From: an uncultured Gammaproteobacteria bacterium
Lineage (GTDB): Bacteria; Patescibacteriota; Microgenomatia; UBA8517
NCBI GenBank assembly: GCA_964524515.1
Contig: CAZGEA010000004.1
Location: 32,015-96,014, forward strand
Direction: 5' to 3'
DNA length: 64,000 bases
The notes beneath the pieces were generated by a model, which saw only the letters and a program-made list of their open reading frames with translations, had not been told where the DNA came from and ran no database searches. Positions 9,778 through 20,577 of this stretch are shown in pieces. Positions within the stretch are counted from its first letter, which is position 1. Each line of letters opens with the position of its first letter. A program made the position numbers and the translations under genes.

Positions 9778-11481
9778 TCAATGGGCAAGTTTTTGGATAT
9801 TTCTTAACTCAGTTATTGTTGTTGATTCCTTTGGAGATTTATCATCTCTTACATTAATTAATCTTGGAAAACGAAGGGCATAACCTGAGGTGTGTTTTGG
9901 ACTAACTGTAATTTCATCAGCACTAATTTCAACTACAACTTTTGGCTCGACCCAAACATCTGGGATTAAATCTTTTGGAACTAAATATTCTTTTGGCATT
10001 AATTTTGTTTTAATTTTTTCTAAATCCTTTGATAAAGACATCAAAAGATCATCTGACAAACCAGTCCCCACTTTTGTGACAGTTTTAAACTCGTCACCAT
10101 CTTTTACACCAACTAAGAATTGCCCCATACCCAAAGTGGCTCGTTTGCCGCGTCCAACACTAAAACCCATGATTACACAGTCAACAGTATCACTTAATTT
10201 ACCTTTTCCACTTACTTCGTCTTTCATTTTTACCCATCTGAAGCCTGTTCTTCCTGGAACATACAGACTATCTATTTTTTTGACCATAATTCCTTCTAAT
10301 CCTTCTTTTATTCTTTTTGTAAATTCATTTGATATTTCTTTTGGATCATCTGTTATCAAATGCTCATCAATTTTTAATACTCCTTTTGTATTTATTACTT
10401 TTTTTAATTCACTTCTTCTTACCTCGTAAGTCTCTTGCATTAAATTTTTTCCATCGATATATAAAACATCAAAGACTTGAAAAAATATTGGAATTTTTTG
10501 AGAGACACCTTCGATATCGTGCTTTCTACGCCTTTGCATTGTTGTTTGAAAATCTACCATTTTTTTCATATCCTCAGTTAAACCAACTGCTTCTGAATCT
10601 AAAATTACTTCTTTGGCGTTTATAAAATCTAAAGCACTTTTTAATTCGGGAAACATTGGAGAGATATTTTTTAAATTTCTGGTGAATGCTTTAATTTGAA
10701 CTGGGTTTTTTTTGATATGAATTAGGACTCTTACGCCATCAAATTTTGGCTCAACTGAAACTTTGCCCATTTTTTCTACCATTTCATCTGGCGACTTAAG
10801 CCTTGAAGCAAGCATGGGTGATACAGGAATTCCAAAAATTGGTGTTGCCTCTTTTTTTAAAAAATCTTTACCTTCTTTTTTGATCATGTAGGCAATTTCT
10901 CCAATATCTGGAACTACCTCATAATGCTTTTGAATTTGTCCTTTAAGGCTTTTATCACCCACTAACATCCAAGACAATGCATCAATAATTGTTAGTTCTG
11001 AAAAACCTAAACGAAGCCTACCTAACAAAATTCTAACTATGTATTTATTTGATTCGGAGCTATTTGATTTGAGTAGATTAACTACCAAATCATTTCTTAT
11101 TTCCACTGAACCATCACCTTCTATTTTGGAGATTTTTTCGAGTTCATTAAAAACTTCTTTTAAATCTTGATCTTTTCCGTGATTTGTGGCCAGTTCATTC
11201 ACTACAGTGCCCAAATCACCAATTTTTTTATAAAGAGTGTTTATCTCATCGGGAGTTTTATTTGAATATAAGCTTAAAACTTGAATTATGTTTTTCTCCG
11301 CAATACCAAAAATTACACCTTCGTAACTTGGTGCAATTGAACCTACTAAAATATAGGCAATGTTTTTTATTTCTAAATCGCTTGAATTTGCAAAAAGTTC
11401 TGATAGTATTTTTGTGATTTCAATACGAGAAGATGTTTTTTCTAGGGTTTCTAGAAAATTTGATAATTTAGAAAACTTCAT
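9778..11481 (-). CDS. lig: ATP-dependent DNA ligase (archaeal/eukaryotic type)
   Basis: 567 aa. EPKFDGVRV adenylation motif (KxDG), EGIMVK and a later OB-fold region. Confidence 0.85.
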   Translation of the reverse strand: MKFSKLSNFLETLEKTSSRIEITKILSELFANSSDLEIKNIAYILVGSIAPSYEGVIFGIAEKNIIQVLSLYSNKTPDEINTLYKKIGDLGTVVNELATNHGKDQDLKEVFNELEKISKIEGDGSVEIRNDLVVNLLKSNSSESNKYIVRILLGRLRLGFSELTIIDALSWMLVGDKSLKGQIQKHYEVVPDIGEIAYMIKKEGKDFLKKEATPIFGIPVSPMLASRLKSPDEMVEKMGKVSVEPKFDGVRVLIHIKKNPVQIKAFTRNLKNISPMFPELKSALDFINAKEVILDSEAVGLTEDMKKMVDFQTTMQRRRKHDIEGVSQKIPIFFQVFDVLYIDGKNLMQETYEVRRSELKKVINTKGVLKIDEHLITDDPKEISNEFTKRIKEGLEGIMVKKIDSLYVPGRTGFRWVKMKDEVSGKGKLSDTVDCVIMGFSVGRGKRATLGMGQFLVGVKDGDEFKTVTKVGTGLSDDLLMSLSKDLEKIKTKLMPKEYLVPKDLIPDVWVEPKVVVEISADEITVSPKHTSGYALRFPRLINVRDDKSPKESTTITELRNIQKLAH

Positions 11482-11484
11482 GAA

Positions 11485-11685
11485 TCACTTTTTACCTAAA
11501 TATTGAGCAAAAAACAAGTAGGCAAAGATTACCATTCCAATAAATAATAAACCAAAAACAATTGAAATTACCCCACCCCATTCTTTATGGAAAAATTTAT
11601 TAAGACCATCGCCGATTAGGGTGAGCCCAAAAAGACTTGGCAAAACTAATATCATATAAAGAAATTGTGGATCACTTGGTAACAT
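11485..11685 (-). CDS. small two-TM membrane protein
   Basis: 66-aa hydrophobic ORF tightly packed between the Fic gene and the ligase gene. Confidence 0.4.
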   Translation of the reverse strand: MLPSDPQFLYMILVLPSLFGLTLIGDGLNKFFHKEWGGVISIVFGLLFIGMVIFAYLFFAQYLGKK

Positions 11686-11688
11686 ATT

Positions 11689-12756
11689 TTATTTTCTGGA
11701 TGCCATAGTGTATATCGCACCTTTTGTTGAACCTTCCTTTTTAACAACTCGCTTTTCAAGCAAATCTTTGACATCACGCAGAATTGTATCGTCTGAAACC
11801 ATTGGAAGTATTTTTTTCAGATCCTTCATGATTGCGTTTCCTTGATCTGAAATAAACTCTACTATTCTCATTTGACGCTCTGAAAGGGCTATTTGTTCAC
11901 CAATTTTAATCTTAAGTCGAGAATCAATTGATAGTTTTCTTATTCTTTCTTTTATTTTTGTGCTTTCTACAGCCAGAACTTGAGTAAAATACTCAAGCCA
12001 TGGAGTTAAATCTCTTTCTGCTATTGTTGGAGCTTGTTTGTCTACTTCAAAGAAAGCTTGATAATAAGCATCCAAATCACCATCAAAATGCTCTTCTAGG
12101 GCGAAAAATCTTTTGATATCATATCCTTCTTTAAGTAATACTAAATTTGAAAATGCTCTAATGGTTCTTCCATTTCCTTCTACAAATGGATGGATTGTAA
12201 CTAAAACATAATGGGCAATACCTGCTCTTAAAATAGAGTGAACATCAATTCCCTCTTGGCTATTTAGCCAGCCAAAAAAACCATCGCACATATATGGAAC
12301 TTCAACTGCAGCCGGTGGAGTGAAAATTATTTTTCCAGTTCCCTCTTCTCTAATTACCACTTGAGTATTTCTGAAAACCCCAACTTTATCATCACTTACT
12401 ATTTTGGAGACTGTTGCCCTGTGAATATCTAATAAATCTTTTACTTCATATGAGCCGCGTTTATGCTTTAATTCAGCCAAAAGTGTTGATACATTTCTAT
12501 AATTAATTACCTCTTGGATATCACGAGGACGGGCAAAAACATCCTGACCTTCCAAAACTCTTTTAGTTTGGCTTAAAGTTAGATCGTTCCCTTCCATGTG
12601 TGTACCGTGGTATACAGTTCGCACTATAGCTTCTGATTGAAATTGTTTTTCATATGAAGGCACAATTGGTGCGTTTGAAATCACTTCACGAGCCGCTTCA
12701 ATTACACCAACTGCTTTAAGGATATTGTTTGTAATTTTAAAACGAGGAATATACAT
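11689..12756 (-). CDS. Fic-family protein (AMPylase-type) with C-terminal winged-helix-like tail
   Basis: Canonical Fic motif HPFVEGNGRTIR, with an upstream THMEGNDLTLSQT region resembling the Fic N-terminal inhibitory/alpha-inh segment. Confidence 0.8.
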   Translation of the reverse strand: MYIPRFKITNNILKAVGVIEAAREVISNAPIVPSYEKQFQSEAIVRTVYHGTHMEGNDLTLSQTKRVLEGQDVFARPRDIQEVINYRNVSTLLAELKHKRGSYEVKDLLDIHRATVSKIVSDDKVGVFRNTQVVIREEGTGKIIFTPPAAVEVPYMCDGFFGWLNSQEGIDVHSILRAGIAHYVLVTIHPFVEGNGRTIRAFSNLVLLKEGYDIKRFFALEEHFDGDLDAYYQAFFEVDKQAPTIAERDLTPWLEYFTQVLAVESTKIKERIRKLSIDSRLKIKIGEQIALSERQMRIVEFISDQGNAIMKDLKKILPMVSDDTILRDVKDLLEKRVVKKEGSTKGAIYTMASRK

Positions 12757-12811
12757 AGGGCTTATATATTATACATGTTATACCGCAAAGTGTGCGGAAA
12801 AAACAAGAAGA

Positions 12812-13648
12812 TTATTTTGTATAGCTTGCCAAAACTGCAGGGATTGAATCTGCTAAATCATCACTGTTGAAATATGTTCCGATTGTTTCTTCTAACTTTT
12901 CAGCTGTTTTTTTAACAATGAATGATGCAGCACATGCTGATAATAATGGATCGTTTTTGGCTAGAAAACTTGCAGTTAAACCTGCCTGAACATCACCAGT
13001 TCCGCCTTTTGTAAGACCGGCGTTTCCTCCTTCAATTTCCACTTCAACACCTGAGGCGTAAACTTGGCCTACTACTCCCTTTCGTACAATCACACAATTG
13101 AATTCTTCTGAGGCTTTTAGTGGGTCCATATCGCCAAATAATGCTTCATATTCACTATCGTTTGGAGTCAATATTGAATTTTTTGGAATTTTATTTTTAT
13201 CTAATAAATGTAGGCTTCCAGCATCGATAACCCATTTTTTATCAGGAAACTTCTCAAGAAGTGAATTTGTGACTGTTTTAGTTAGCATACATGCCTCATC
13301 GCAATCATCTTCATTGTGATCTTTGCCTTCCCCGTTACGGTAACGCATGAAACCGGGGCCAATTAATACTGAATCGGATTTTTTGATATATTCGTCAATT
13401 TCACCCCAGGGAACCCAAATGAAAGCTCCCAAATCTGCCTTCATATATGACACAACTTCCTCTAAAGTTTTCTCAGGGGAGGCGAAAAATACCATATCTA
13501 CAACTCGAGAGGCAACACGCAATGACATTAATGGTGCACCATGGAAGAGTGTTGATCCACCAATTATGACTGTTTGACCATTATCCTCACCTTTTGAATC
13601 GTTTGGTCTTTTATATAATTTTTTTAAATCTTCTGGATTAAATTTCAT
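12812..13648 (-). CDS. nnrD: NAD(P)H-hydrate dehydratase (YjeF C-terminal / carbohydrate-kinase fold)
   Basis: GGSTLFHGAP and GGTGDVQAGL motifs, 278 aa. Confidence 0.7.
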   Translation of the reverse strand: MKFNPEDLKKLYKRPNDSKGEDNGQTVIIGGSTLFHGAPLMSLRVASRVVDMVFFASPEKTLEEVVSYMKADLGAFIWVPWGEIDEYIKKSDSVLIGPGFMRYRNGEGKDHNEDDCDEACMLTKTVTNSLLEKFPDKKWVIDAGSLHLLDKNKIPKNSILTPNDSEYEALFGDMDPLKASEEFNCVIVRKGVVGQVYASGVEVEIEGGNAGLTKGGTGDVQAGLTASFLAKNDPLLSACAASFIVKKTAEKLEETIGTYFNSDDLADSIPAVLASYTK

Positions 13649-13657
13649 AATTAAAAG

Positions 13658-13882
13658 TTACATTGAACTTTTAGGAGTTCCTTTTCCACCTGTTTGATTG
13701 GTTTTATCATCTGAAGGTTTTTTTTCTTTTATGAGTTGGGTGTTATCAATAGGCTGAGGTTTTTTGGAAGCTTCCTGCCATTGAGAAGAAGCGTCGTAAA
13801 ATATCACATCAGTCCCATCTAATTTAGGATAATAAGGCTCTAAGCCATGAAATGTATCGTGTGGAGGTATTCTTTCAGTCAC
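13658..13882 (-). CDS. hypothetical small protein
   Basis: 74-aa ORF of low complexity, Lys/Pro-rich at the C-terminus. Confidence 0.35.
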   Translation of the reverse strand: MTERIPPHDTFHGLEPYYPKLDGTDVIFYDASSQWQEASKKPQPIDNTQLIKEKKPSDDKTNQTGGKGTPKSSM

Positions 13883-13912
13883 AGAAGGATTTTACCAATT
13901 TTTTCCCAAAAT

Positions 13913-14941
13913 TTATAGTTCTATTTTTTTTATTTGGGCAAACTCTTGTAATGTGTGTGGATCAGCTGAAGTTATAATGGTTTGCTGCTTTTGGGCAACA
14001 GCAAAAACAACATGTCTGTGTTTGTGATCTAATTCTGAAAAAATATCATCTAGTAATAGTATTGGCCTTATCCCACCAGAGCCTACGAACTCCAATTCTG
14101 CGATTTTTAGCCACAAAATAGCAAGGCGTGCTTCACCACGGCTTCCAAAATGGGATACATTTTTATTATTACCTAAGACCACAAAATCATCTCTGTGTGG
14201 ACCAACAAGCGTCATACCAGCTGCCACTTCTTCTCTTTTATATTGATCAAGTCTGGCTTCGGATATTTCACTTTTGTCATAATCTACACTTATTATTAAA
14301 TTTGAGATTTGATCAGTTTTGTTTATGAAATCGATTAATTCTTTTCTTTTATCTGTAATAAAATTTCCATTTTTGATTAATAATTTATCCCAAAACATTA
14401 AATGACTTCTTGGAATTCCTTCTTCTCTGATTCTTATTAATAATTTATTTCTTTGGCGAATTGCTTTTTCGTATGATAAAAGTGAGCTTCTGTATTCTCT
14501 ATCTGAAATTGAGAGGATATGATCTAGAAATTTTCTTCGAACTGAGGGGGCATCTGTTAACAAATCTAGATCACTTGGAGTGAAAAGTGCTGCCTTGGCA
14601 ATACCCACGAAATCAATTGATCTTTTAGGAACTGAATCAAACATTAATCTTTTTTTAGGATATGGGGCTAATGGTTTTGAAAAAAAAGCACTTAAATTAA
14701 TTTTTTCATCAATATTACCAAACACACCATTAATTCTTGCTGTTTCACTTTCAAAATTTATTACTTCTTCTTCAGGTTTTGCTTTAAATGATTTTCCTGC
14801 TGACAAAATATAAATAGCTTCAAGTGTATTTGTTTTTCCAACTGCATTTTCTCCAACCAGTGCCGTAATCTCTGGTGAGAATTCGAAAATTTTATTCTTA
14901 AAATTTCTAAAATTTAGAAGCTGCAAATTTTGGATGAACAT
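13913..14941 (-). CDS. recF: DNA replication and repair protein RecF
   Basis: MFIQNLQLLNFRNF start and Walker A GENAVGKTNTLEAI, plus a C-terminal LLLDDIFSELD. The likely start is the internal Met at 14941; the ORF extends to 15010. Confidence 0.85.
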   Translation of the reverse strand: MFIQNLQLLNFRNFKNKIFEFSPEITALVGENAVGKTNTLEAIYILSAGKSFKAKPEEEVINFESETARINGVFGNIDEKINLSAFFSKPLAPYPKKRLMFDSVPKRSIDFVGIAKAALFTPSDLDLLTDAPSVRRKFLDHILSISDREYRSSLLSYEKAIRQRNKLLIRIREEGIPRSHLMFWDKLLIKNGNFITDKRKELIDFINKTDQISNLIISVDYDKSEISEARLDQYKREEVAAGMTLVGPHRDDFVVLGNNKNVSHFGSRGEARLAILWLKIAELEFVGSGGIRPILLLDDIFSELDHKHRHVVFAVAQKQQTIITSADPHTLQEFAQIKKIEL

Positions 14942-15393
14942 ATGATAAAACCTATAATGCCTTTGGCGAGGGCGACCCAAAAGAGGGTTGATGGAATATT
15001 TGCAAGACAAATTAAAAGATATTTATAACGCATATTCTTGAAAATTAATCTTATTGTTAGGGCACCGAACAATACTCCGCCGAAAGTTGTAATAAAAATT
15101 ATTGAAACTATTTTTCCTAAATGAAGGAATGTATTTAAAAATTCCTCTTCTTTTTTCTTTTGTTTTTGCTCAATTAACTTTACAAAGTGAAAAATTCCAT
15201 CATGTTCAAATAGATACAAAAGAACAATACCTAAAATACATCCGTAAACTCCTGGAATTAGAAACGATAAATAAATATTTGGAAGAGCCACTGCGGCATA
15301 AAAGATAATTCTTGAAATTATTACATCAACACCGACAATTAGGGCTGCTTTAATTGTATCTTCACCAATGTGTCTTAAATTATATTTTTTCAT
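14914..15393 (-). CDS. integral membrane protein, unknown function
   Basis: Multi-TM ORF that overlaps the mutM stop and the recF start. The start was chosen at MKKYNL; the ORF extends to 15423. Confidence 0.45.
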   Translation of the reverse strand: MKKYNLRHIGEDTIKAALIVGVDVIISRIIFYAAVALPNIYLSFLIPGVYGCILGIVLLYLFEHDGIFHFVKLIEQKQKKKEEEFLNTFLHLGKIVSIIFITTFGGVLFGALTIRLIFKNMRYKYLLICLANIPSTLFWVALAKGIIGFIICSSKICSF

Positions 15394-16237
15394 TTTGGCA
15401 GTTTGGACAAAAATAAGTTCCACGCCCAGCTAGGGCATATTTAACTATTTTTTCTTTTTTGCATCTACGACATAATTTTCCTGTTTCATCGTAAACCAAT
15501 GTGTGAAATTGATATTGGCCTTCTGCACCATCTGGAGTGACGAATGCTAGCTCCGACGCCCCACCTGAATCAATTCCTTTTTGTAGAACTTTTAATATTG
15601 ATTCATAAAGATTTTTTGATTCATCATTTGATAGTGAATTTGATTTTCTCGATGGATGAATTTTTGAATCCCAGAGTGCATCGTTTGCATAAATATTGCC
15701 TATTCCACCGATTTTTTCTTGGTCCATTAATACAACTTTAATTGGACGAGTTGTTTTTTGAATTATTGTTTTAAATGTTTCTAGGTCTAGTTTTCCAAAC
15801 GGTTCTGGTCCTAGTTTTTTAATAAATGGAAATTCTAATACATTTTGAGTTTTGACAATTTTGATCCAACCGAAACGGCGAACATCGTTATAATAAAGAA
15901 ATCCGTTTTTATCTAGTTCAAAAATAACATGGGTGTGAATTCCTCCTATTCCACCAGTTACTTTTTTTGAAAGATTATCTGGATTTAACAGATTTGGTCC
16001 GCGATATATAAATTGGCCAGTTAATTTGATATGAGAAACAACTGAATAGTCATTATCTAGATTGATAACTAATACTTTTCCAAATCTTTGAACAGAATTG
16101 ATTTTACCTCCAACAATATCTTTTGCATTTCCTTCAAATATTTTTTGGTTATTAATAATCACATCTTTAATTGTGTGGCCTACAATATATTTGTTTAGTT
16201 GATTTTTAACTGTTTCTACTTCAGGAAGTTCTGGCAT
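15380..16237 (-). CDS. mutM: formamidopyrimidine-DNA glycosylase
   Basis: MPELPEVETV N-terminus and a C-terminal zinc finger CRRC..CPNCQ. Confidence 0.9.
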   Translation of the reverse strand: MPELPEVETVKNQLNKYIVGHTIKDVIINNQKIFEGNAKDIVGGKINSVQRFGKVLVINLDNDYSVVSHIKLTGQFIYRGPNLLNPDNLSKKVTGGIGGIHTHVIFELDKNGFLYYNDVRRFGWIKIVKTQNVLEFPFIKKLGPEPFGKLDLETFKTIIQKTTRPIKVVLMDQEKIGGIGNIYANDALWDSKIHPSRKSNSLSNDESKNLYESILKVLQKGIDSGGASELAFVTPDGAEGQYQFHTLVYDETGKLCRRCKKEKIVKYALAGRGTYFCPNCQNEKI

Positions 16238-16260
16238 AAGATTTTGAATTATAACTTAAT

Positions 16261-17364
16261 TTAAAGTGTATCAATATATGATTTAATATTTTTGATAAAA
16301 CTTTCTTTTGAAAACTTTTGTGCATTTTTCATAATTACTTTTTTATCCCATTTAGTTTTATTAAATCTAATTAAAGCCTTTTCAATTGTTTTTTTGTCAG
16401 TATCCTCAATTAAAATTCCAGTTTTTCCATCAATCACTGTCTCTTTAAATCCTCCACCATTGAAGGCGATTACTGGAGTTCCTCCAGCTTGTGCTTCTAC
16501 AACTGTCATTCCAAAATCTTCATCTTTTGCTAACGCGACAAAACCTTTTGCTTTTGCGTACAAATTCCACAACTGTTCATCTACAACACGCCCTACAAAC
16601 TCAATGTTTTTATTTGCTGTTTTTTGCAAAGCATTTGAAACTGATGTGAAACCTTGGGCATCACCAACAATTTTAAGTGGCAAATTTAGCTCATTTGCAG
16701 CTTTAATTGCTTCTTCTAATCCTTTGGCGCCAACCAACCTTGAAACAATTAAAAAATAATTTTCTTTTTTTAAATTATTTGCTGCTTCATTTAATTTTTT
16801 AGTCTCTATTGGAGGGTAAATCACAGTTGCAGTTTTTCTATAATATTTCTGAATTCTATCTTTAACATTTTGAGAATTTGCTATCCAATAGTTTATTTTT
16901 TGTGCTGACAAATAATCAAAAATTCGCAAAAAGTGAGCTAGAAAATTTCCATAAAGTCTTATGAACCGATTTTTCTTCCAATCAAAACCAGTTTTGAAGC
17001 CATATAAAAATCTTGGTGGAGTGTGACAATATGCTACAACTTTTGTTTTGTCGCCAACTTTAAAGCCACGCGCAATATAATTTGAACAAGAAGTAATTAC
17101 TAAATCATAATCTGATAAATCAATTGAGCCCCAAATCCATGGAAGAAGAAATCTAAATGGACTGTAAAGCCTGAAATGTTTAATAAAAAATCCAAATGGG
17201 CTTTCTATTATTTTTTTGTCTTTGAAAATAATTCCTGCTGGAGAATTTTGAGAGTAAAATGCAGTATATATTGGTGCTTTGGGGTAAATTTGACTTAAAA
17301 CTTGTAATACTCTTTCAGCTCCTCCTGCATCTTTGATGTAATCGTGAACTAAAGCTACCTTCAT
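16261..17364 (-). CDS. glycosyltransferase family 4 (GT-B)
   Basis: MKVALVHDYIKDAGGAERV N-terminus and a C-terminal EDFGMTVVEAQAGGTPVIA motif. Confidence 0.75.
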   Translation of the reverse strand: MKVALVHDYIKDAGGAERVLQVLSQIYPKAPIYTAFYSQNSPAGIIFKDKKIIESPFGFFIKHFRLYSPFRFLLPWIWGSIDLSDYDLVITSCSNYIARGFKVGDKTKVVAYCHTPPRFLYGFKTGFDWKKNRFIRLYGNFLAHFLRIFDYLSAQKINYWIANSQNVKDRIQKYYRKTATVIYPPIETKKLNEAANNLKKENYFLIVSRLVGAKGLEEAIKAANELNLPLKIVGDAQGFTSVSNALQKTANKNIEFVGRVVDEQLWNLYAKAKGFVALAKDEDFGMTVVEAQAGGTPVIAFNGGGFKETVIDGKTGILIEDTDKKTIEKALIRFNKTKWDKKVIMKNAQKFSKESFIKNIKSYIDTL

Positions 17365-17370
17365 TACCTA

Positions 17371-18291
17371 TTATATCAGGCTTAGCTGTTTTTCTTTTTC
17401 AACTAAATTGGCAACGTCCAAGACTCTTTTAGTTAGAGTGTTAAAGCCGTAAGCCCCAAACAGATCAACTAACTTTTTATTTTTTAAATTCCATTTTTTG
17501 ATTGAATCAACATCTACTGTAATTGGAGCGTCTCGAACTATCGTGGCCAAACGTTTTCCAAGCATTGCCATTTCTGCATCGTTGGCCAATTTTAAAGCAA
17601 TTTTTTCTGGAACTTTTGATAGGTTTTTATAAACTTCTTCAACAGTTCCAAATTTTTCAATTAAAGATATTGCTGTTTTGGGACCAATGCCTTTTACACC
17701 TGGGTAATTATCTGAATTATCACCCATGAAAGCTTTTAGATCGATAACTTTTATAGGTTCTACTCCCATTTTTTCGATTACATCATTTACCTCAAATAAT
17801 TTTCCATCTTTTAAGCCTTTGACTGGCATGAATACTTTTACTTTTTTATCCACTAATTGCAAAATATCTTTATCTCCTGTGACAATTATTACTTCGTTTT
17901 CATTATTTCCATCAGTTAGTTGTTTACTTATAGTTCCCAAGACATCGTCTGCTTCATAGCCTGGAAGCGCATATAGTGGAATATCCATTGCAGACAAAAC
18001 ATCGTAGGTTTTTTGAAATTGAGACGATAATTCTGATTCTAAAGCAGGTCTATTTGCTTGATAACCAACATATTCTGCTTTGCGCCAAGTTGGCTTTGGA
18101 GTATCAAAGGCTACTGCGATTTCGTTTGGTTTTAAATCTTGAATTAGACGCATCAACATTGAAATAAAACCATACACAGCGTTTATTGGTTCACCGTTTG
18201 TTGTGGTCAAAGGAGGAAGTGCATGATATGCACGGTGCAAAATTGCATTACCGTCAATTAGAAGAATTTTATTTTGTTGATTTTTTGTCAC
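17371..18291 (-). CDS. 5'-3' exonuclease (stand-alone Pol I N-terminal / FEN domain)
   Basis: LLIDGNAILHRAYHA, YEADDVLG and H3TH GVKGIGPKTA motifs, 306 aa. Confidence 0.85.
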   Translation of the reverse strand: MTKNQQNKILLIDGNAILHRAYHALPPLTTTNGEPINAVYGFISMLMRLIQDLKPNEIAVAFDTPKPTWRKAEYVGYQANRPALESELSSQFQKTYDVLSAMDIPLYALPGYEADDVLGTISKQLTDGNNENEVIIVTGDKDILQLVDKKVKVFMPVKGLKDGKLFEVNDVIEKMGVEPIKVIDLKAFMGDNSDNYPGVKGIGPKTAISLIEKFGTVEEVYKNLSKVPEKIALKLANDAEMAMLGKRLATIVRDAPITVDVDSIKKWNLKNKKLVDLFGAYGFNTLTKRVLDVANLVEKEKQLSLI

Positions 18292-20161
18292 CTACTATTT
18301 TTTCAAACTCATCACGATCGAGAGTTTCAGTTTTTAACAATTCTACTGAAACTTTGTCTAGGGTTTTTCTTTCTTTTTTCAAAATCTTGATTGCTTCTTT
18401 GTAACAAGTGTCAATTATTTTTTGAACTTCATTATCAACTTTTTCTTGCATTGCCTGGGAAATTGGAGTTTGATCAACCCAATTTGTATTTCCAAAATCA
18501 TCGTAACCAGTTTGGGCTCCCAAATTAACAGGCCCTAAATCACTCATTCCAAAATCAGACACCATTGCGCGGGCTACACGAGTTGCAGTTTCAATATCAC
18601 TTGCTGCACCTGAAGTTATATCATCAAATACTATTGATTCTGCTGCACGGCCACCCATCATTGCTGTAATCTGATGCAGTAATCTTCCTTTGGTTTCGTG
18701 AGTTCTATCTGCTGCAGGTGGAATCAATGTGTGACCCAAGCTCATTCCACGAGCAACTATTGAAATTCTGTGAACTGGATCCATTAATGGCAAACTATGA
18801 GTGACAATTGCGTGACCTGCTTCGTGATATGCAGTGATTTTTTTATCATTTTCTGATTGAATGCGATGTTTTGCTGGGCCCATTTTGACTTTTGTTGCAG
18901 CTTCTTCGATTTCCATCATTGTTATTTCTTTTAATTCTTTACGGGCAGCATCGATGGCTGCTTCGTTTAACATGTTTTCTAGGTCTGCTCCTGAGAAACC
19001 AACTGTTCGATCTGCAACTCTTCCCCAATTAATATCTTTTGCAAATTTTTTGCCTTTTGAGTGGATTAATAGGATATCTTGTCTACCTTCTTTATCAGGC
19101 ATATCAAGAGTGATTCTTCTATCAAATCTTCCTGGGCGCAAAAGTGCAGGATCTAATAAATCGCCTCTATTTGTAGCTGCCATTACCATTACATTATCGT
19201 TTGGAGTAAAACCATCCATTTCAACTAAAATTTGATTTAATGTCTGTTCTCTTTCGTCGTGACCACCAACAAAACCAGATCGACCACGTTGTCTTCCTAT
19301 TGCATCAATTTCATCAATAAAAATAATTGATGGCGCTTGAGCTTTTGCTTGAGCGAATAAATCTCTTACACGAGAAGCTCCAACACCAACTAACATTTCC
19401 ATAAATTCAGATCCTGCCATTGAGAAAAATGGAACTCCAGCTTCTCCTGCTACTGCTTTTGCAAGCAATGTTTTACCAACTCCTGCTGGACCGAACAACA
19501 AAACTCCTTTTGGAGTGCGAGCACCCATTGCATGATATTTTGCAGGATGCTTTAGAAAATCAACCACTTCAACTAGTTCTTTTTTGGCTTCATCAACTCC
19601 TGCAACATTTGCAAAAGTTACATTTTGTTTTCCTTTTGCAAAAATTTTAGCTTTACTTCTACCGAATGAGAAAATGTCTTGTGCTCCACGAGCTTGAGAA
19701 CGGAAAAGAAACAAAAACAATGCTGCCATTATTATGACAGGCAAAAGAAGCCCAATTATGTCACCAAAGGCTTTATTAACTTCTTGATCTGAGACACTAT
19801 ATGTTACTTTTGTTGGATCGATTTTTGCTTTATCTAGAAGTTCTGGAAATGATACTCCATTTTCTTTTGTGGAAATTTTAGTATTGCCATCTTTGTATTT
19901 TAAAATTAATTTACTATCTTGGATTTCAACATTTTTAACTTTATCTGAGCGAACATCTTCAAGTGCTTGAGAAAGCTCGATTTGGCTTCCATCTATTTGG
20001 TTTTGGATAACACTTAAAACTGGTGGCATGAAGAATAAAATGATTAAACCTATGAAGACTAACCGCCAAAGGCTTAGTTTGAATTTAATTTCAATTTTTT
20101 TTGGCTTTTTATTATTATTTGATTTTGGATTCATTTTTTTTACAATCGAAAGACCTAGCAT
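18269..20161 (-). CDS. ftsH: ATP-dependent zinc metalloprotease FtsH
   Basis: [13 protein letters not shown] Walker A, DEIDA Walker B, HEAGHA zinc site, and N-terminal TM helices. Confidence 0.95.
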   Translation of the reverse strand: MLGLSIVKKMNPKSNNNKKPKKIEIKFKLSLWRLVFIGLIILFFMPPVLSVIQNQIDGSQIELSQALEDVRSDKVKNVEIQDSKLILKYKDGNTKISTKENGVSFPELLDKAKIDPTKVTYSVSDQEVNKAFGDIIGLLLPVIIMAALFLFLFRSQARGAQDIFSFGRSKAKIFAKGKQNVTFANVAGVDEAKKELVEVVDFLKHPAKYHAMGARTPKGVLLFGPAGVGKTLLAKAVAGEAGVPFFSMAGSEFMEMLVGVGASRVRDLFAQAKAQAPSIIFIDEIDAIGRQRGRSGFVGGHDEREQTLNQILVEMDGFTPNDNVMVMAATNRGDLLDPALLRPGRFDRRITLDMPDKEGRQDILLIHSKGKKFAKDINWGRVADRTVGFSGADLENMLNEAAIDAARKELKEITMMEIEEAATKVKMGPAKHRIQSENDKKITAYHEAGHAIVTHSLPLMDPVHRISIVARGMSLGHTLIPPAADRTHETKGRLLHQITAMMGGRAAESIVFDDITSGAASDIETATRVARAMVSDFGMSDLGPVNLGAQTGYDDFGNTNWVDQTPISQAMQEKVDNEVQKIIDTCYKEAIKILKKERKTLDKVSVELLKTETLDRDEFEKIVGDKKSTK

Positions 20162-20187
20162 TATATCATAGACAGTGCTAATTTAAA

Positions 20188-20577
20188 TTATCTAATTTTT
20201 GTTCCGTTGGGAACTTTTTCACCAATATTAAATAGGATTGGCTTTGTTTCTTCGTCCTCTTCCCCACCTGGAACTGCCATAATCATCATTCCTTCGCTTT
20301 GCTCTTTTGTTCCATTTTCATCAGCTGGACCAATGTTTTTTGGCTCTAAATTAACTACAAATGGAAATTGATGTCCAACAAGCTCTTCGACCTTGTAAAA
20401 TTTCATAATTCCTGAAAATATTTTTTTAATTCCCAATTCAGCACCCAAATCGACTTTTAAACGCATTACCCAATGGCTCCAATCAGGGACATCAGCCTCG
20501 ATTACAGTTCCTATTCTTATATCTACTTTTGAAAAATCATCAATTGTTATTTTTTCCATAAAGATTTTATTTTGCAA
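20188..20577 (-). CDS. tRNA-binding domain protein (CsaA/Trbp111-like)
   Basis: DFSKVDIRIGTVIEA..KVDLG pattern of the EMAP/tRNA-binding OB fold. Overlaps the trpS stop. Confidence 0.65.
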   Translation of the reverse strand: MQNKIFMEKITIDDFSKVDIRIGTVIEADVPDWSHWVMRLKVDLGAELGIKKIFSGIMKFYKVEELVGHQFPFVVNLEPKNIGPADENGTKEQSEGMMIMAVPGGEEDEETKPILFNIGEKVPNGTKIR

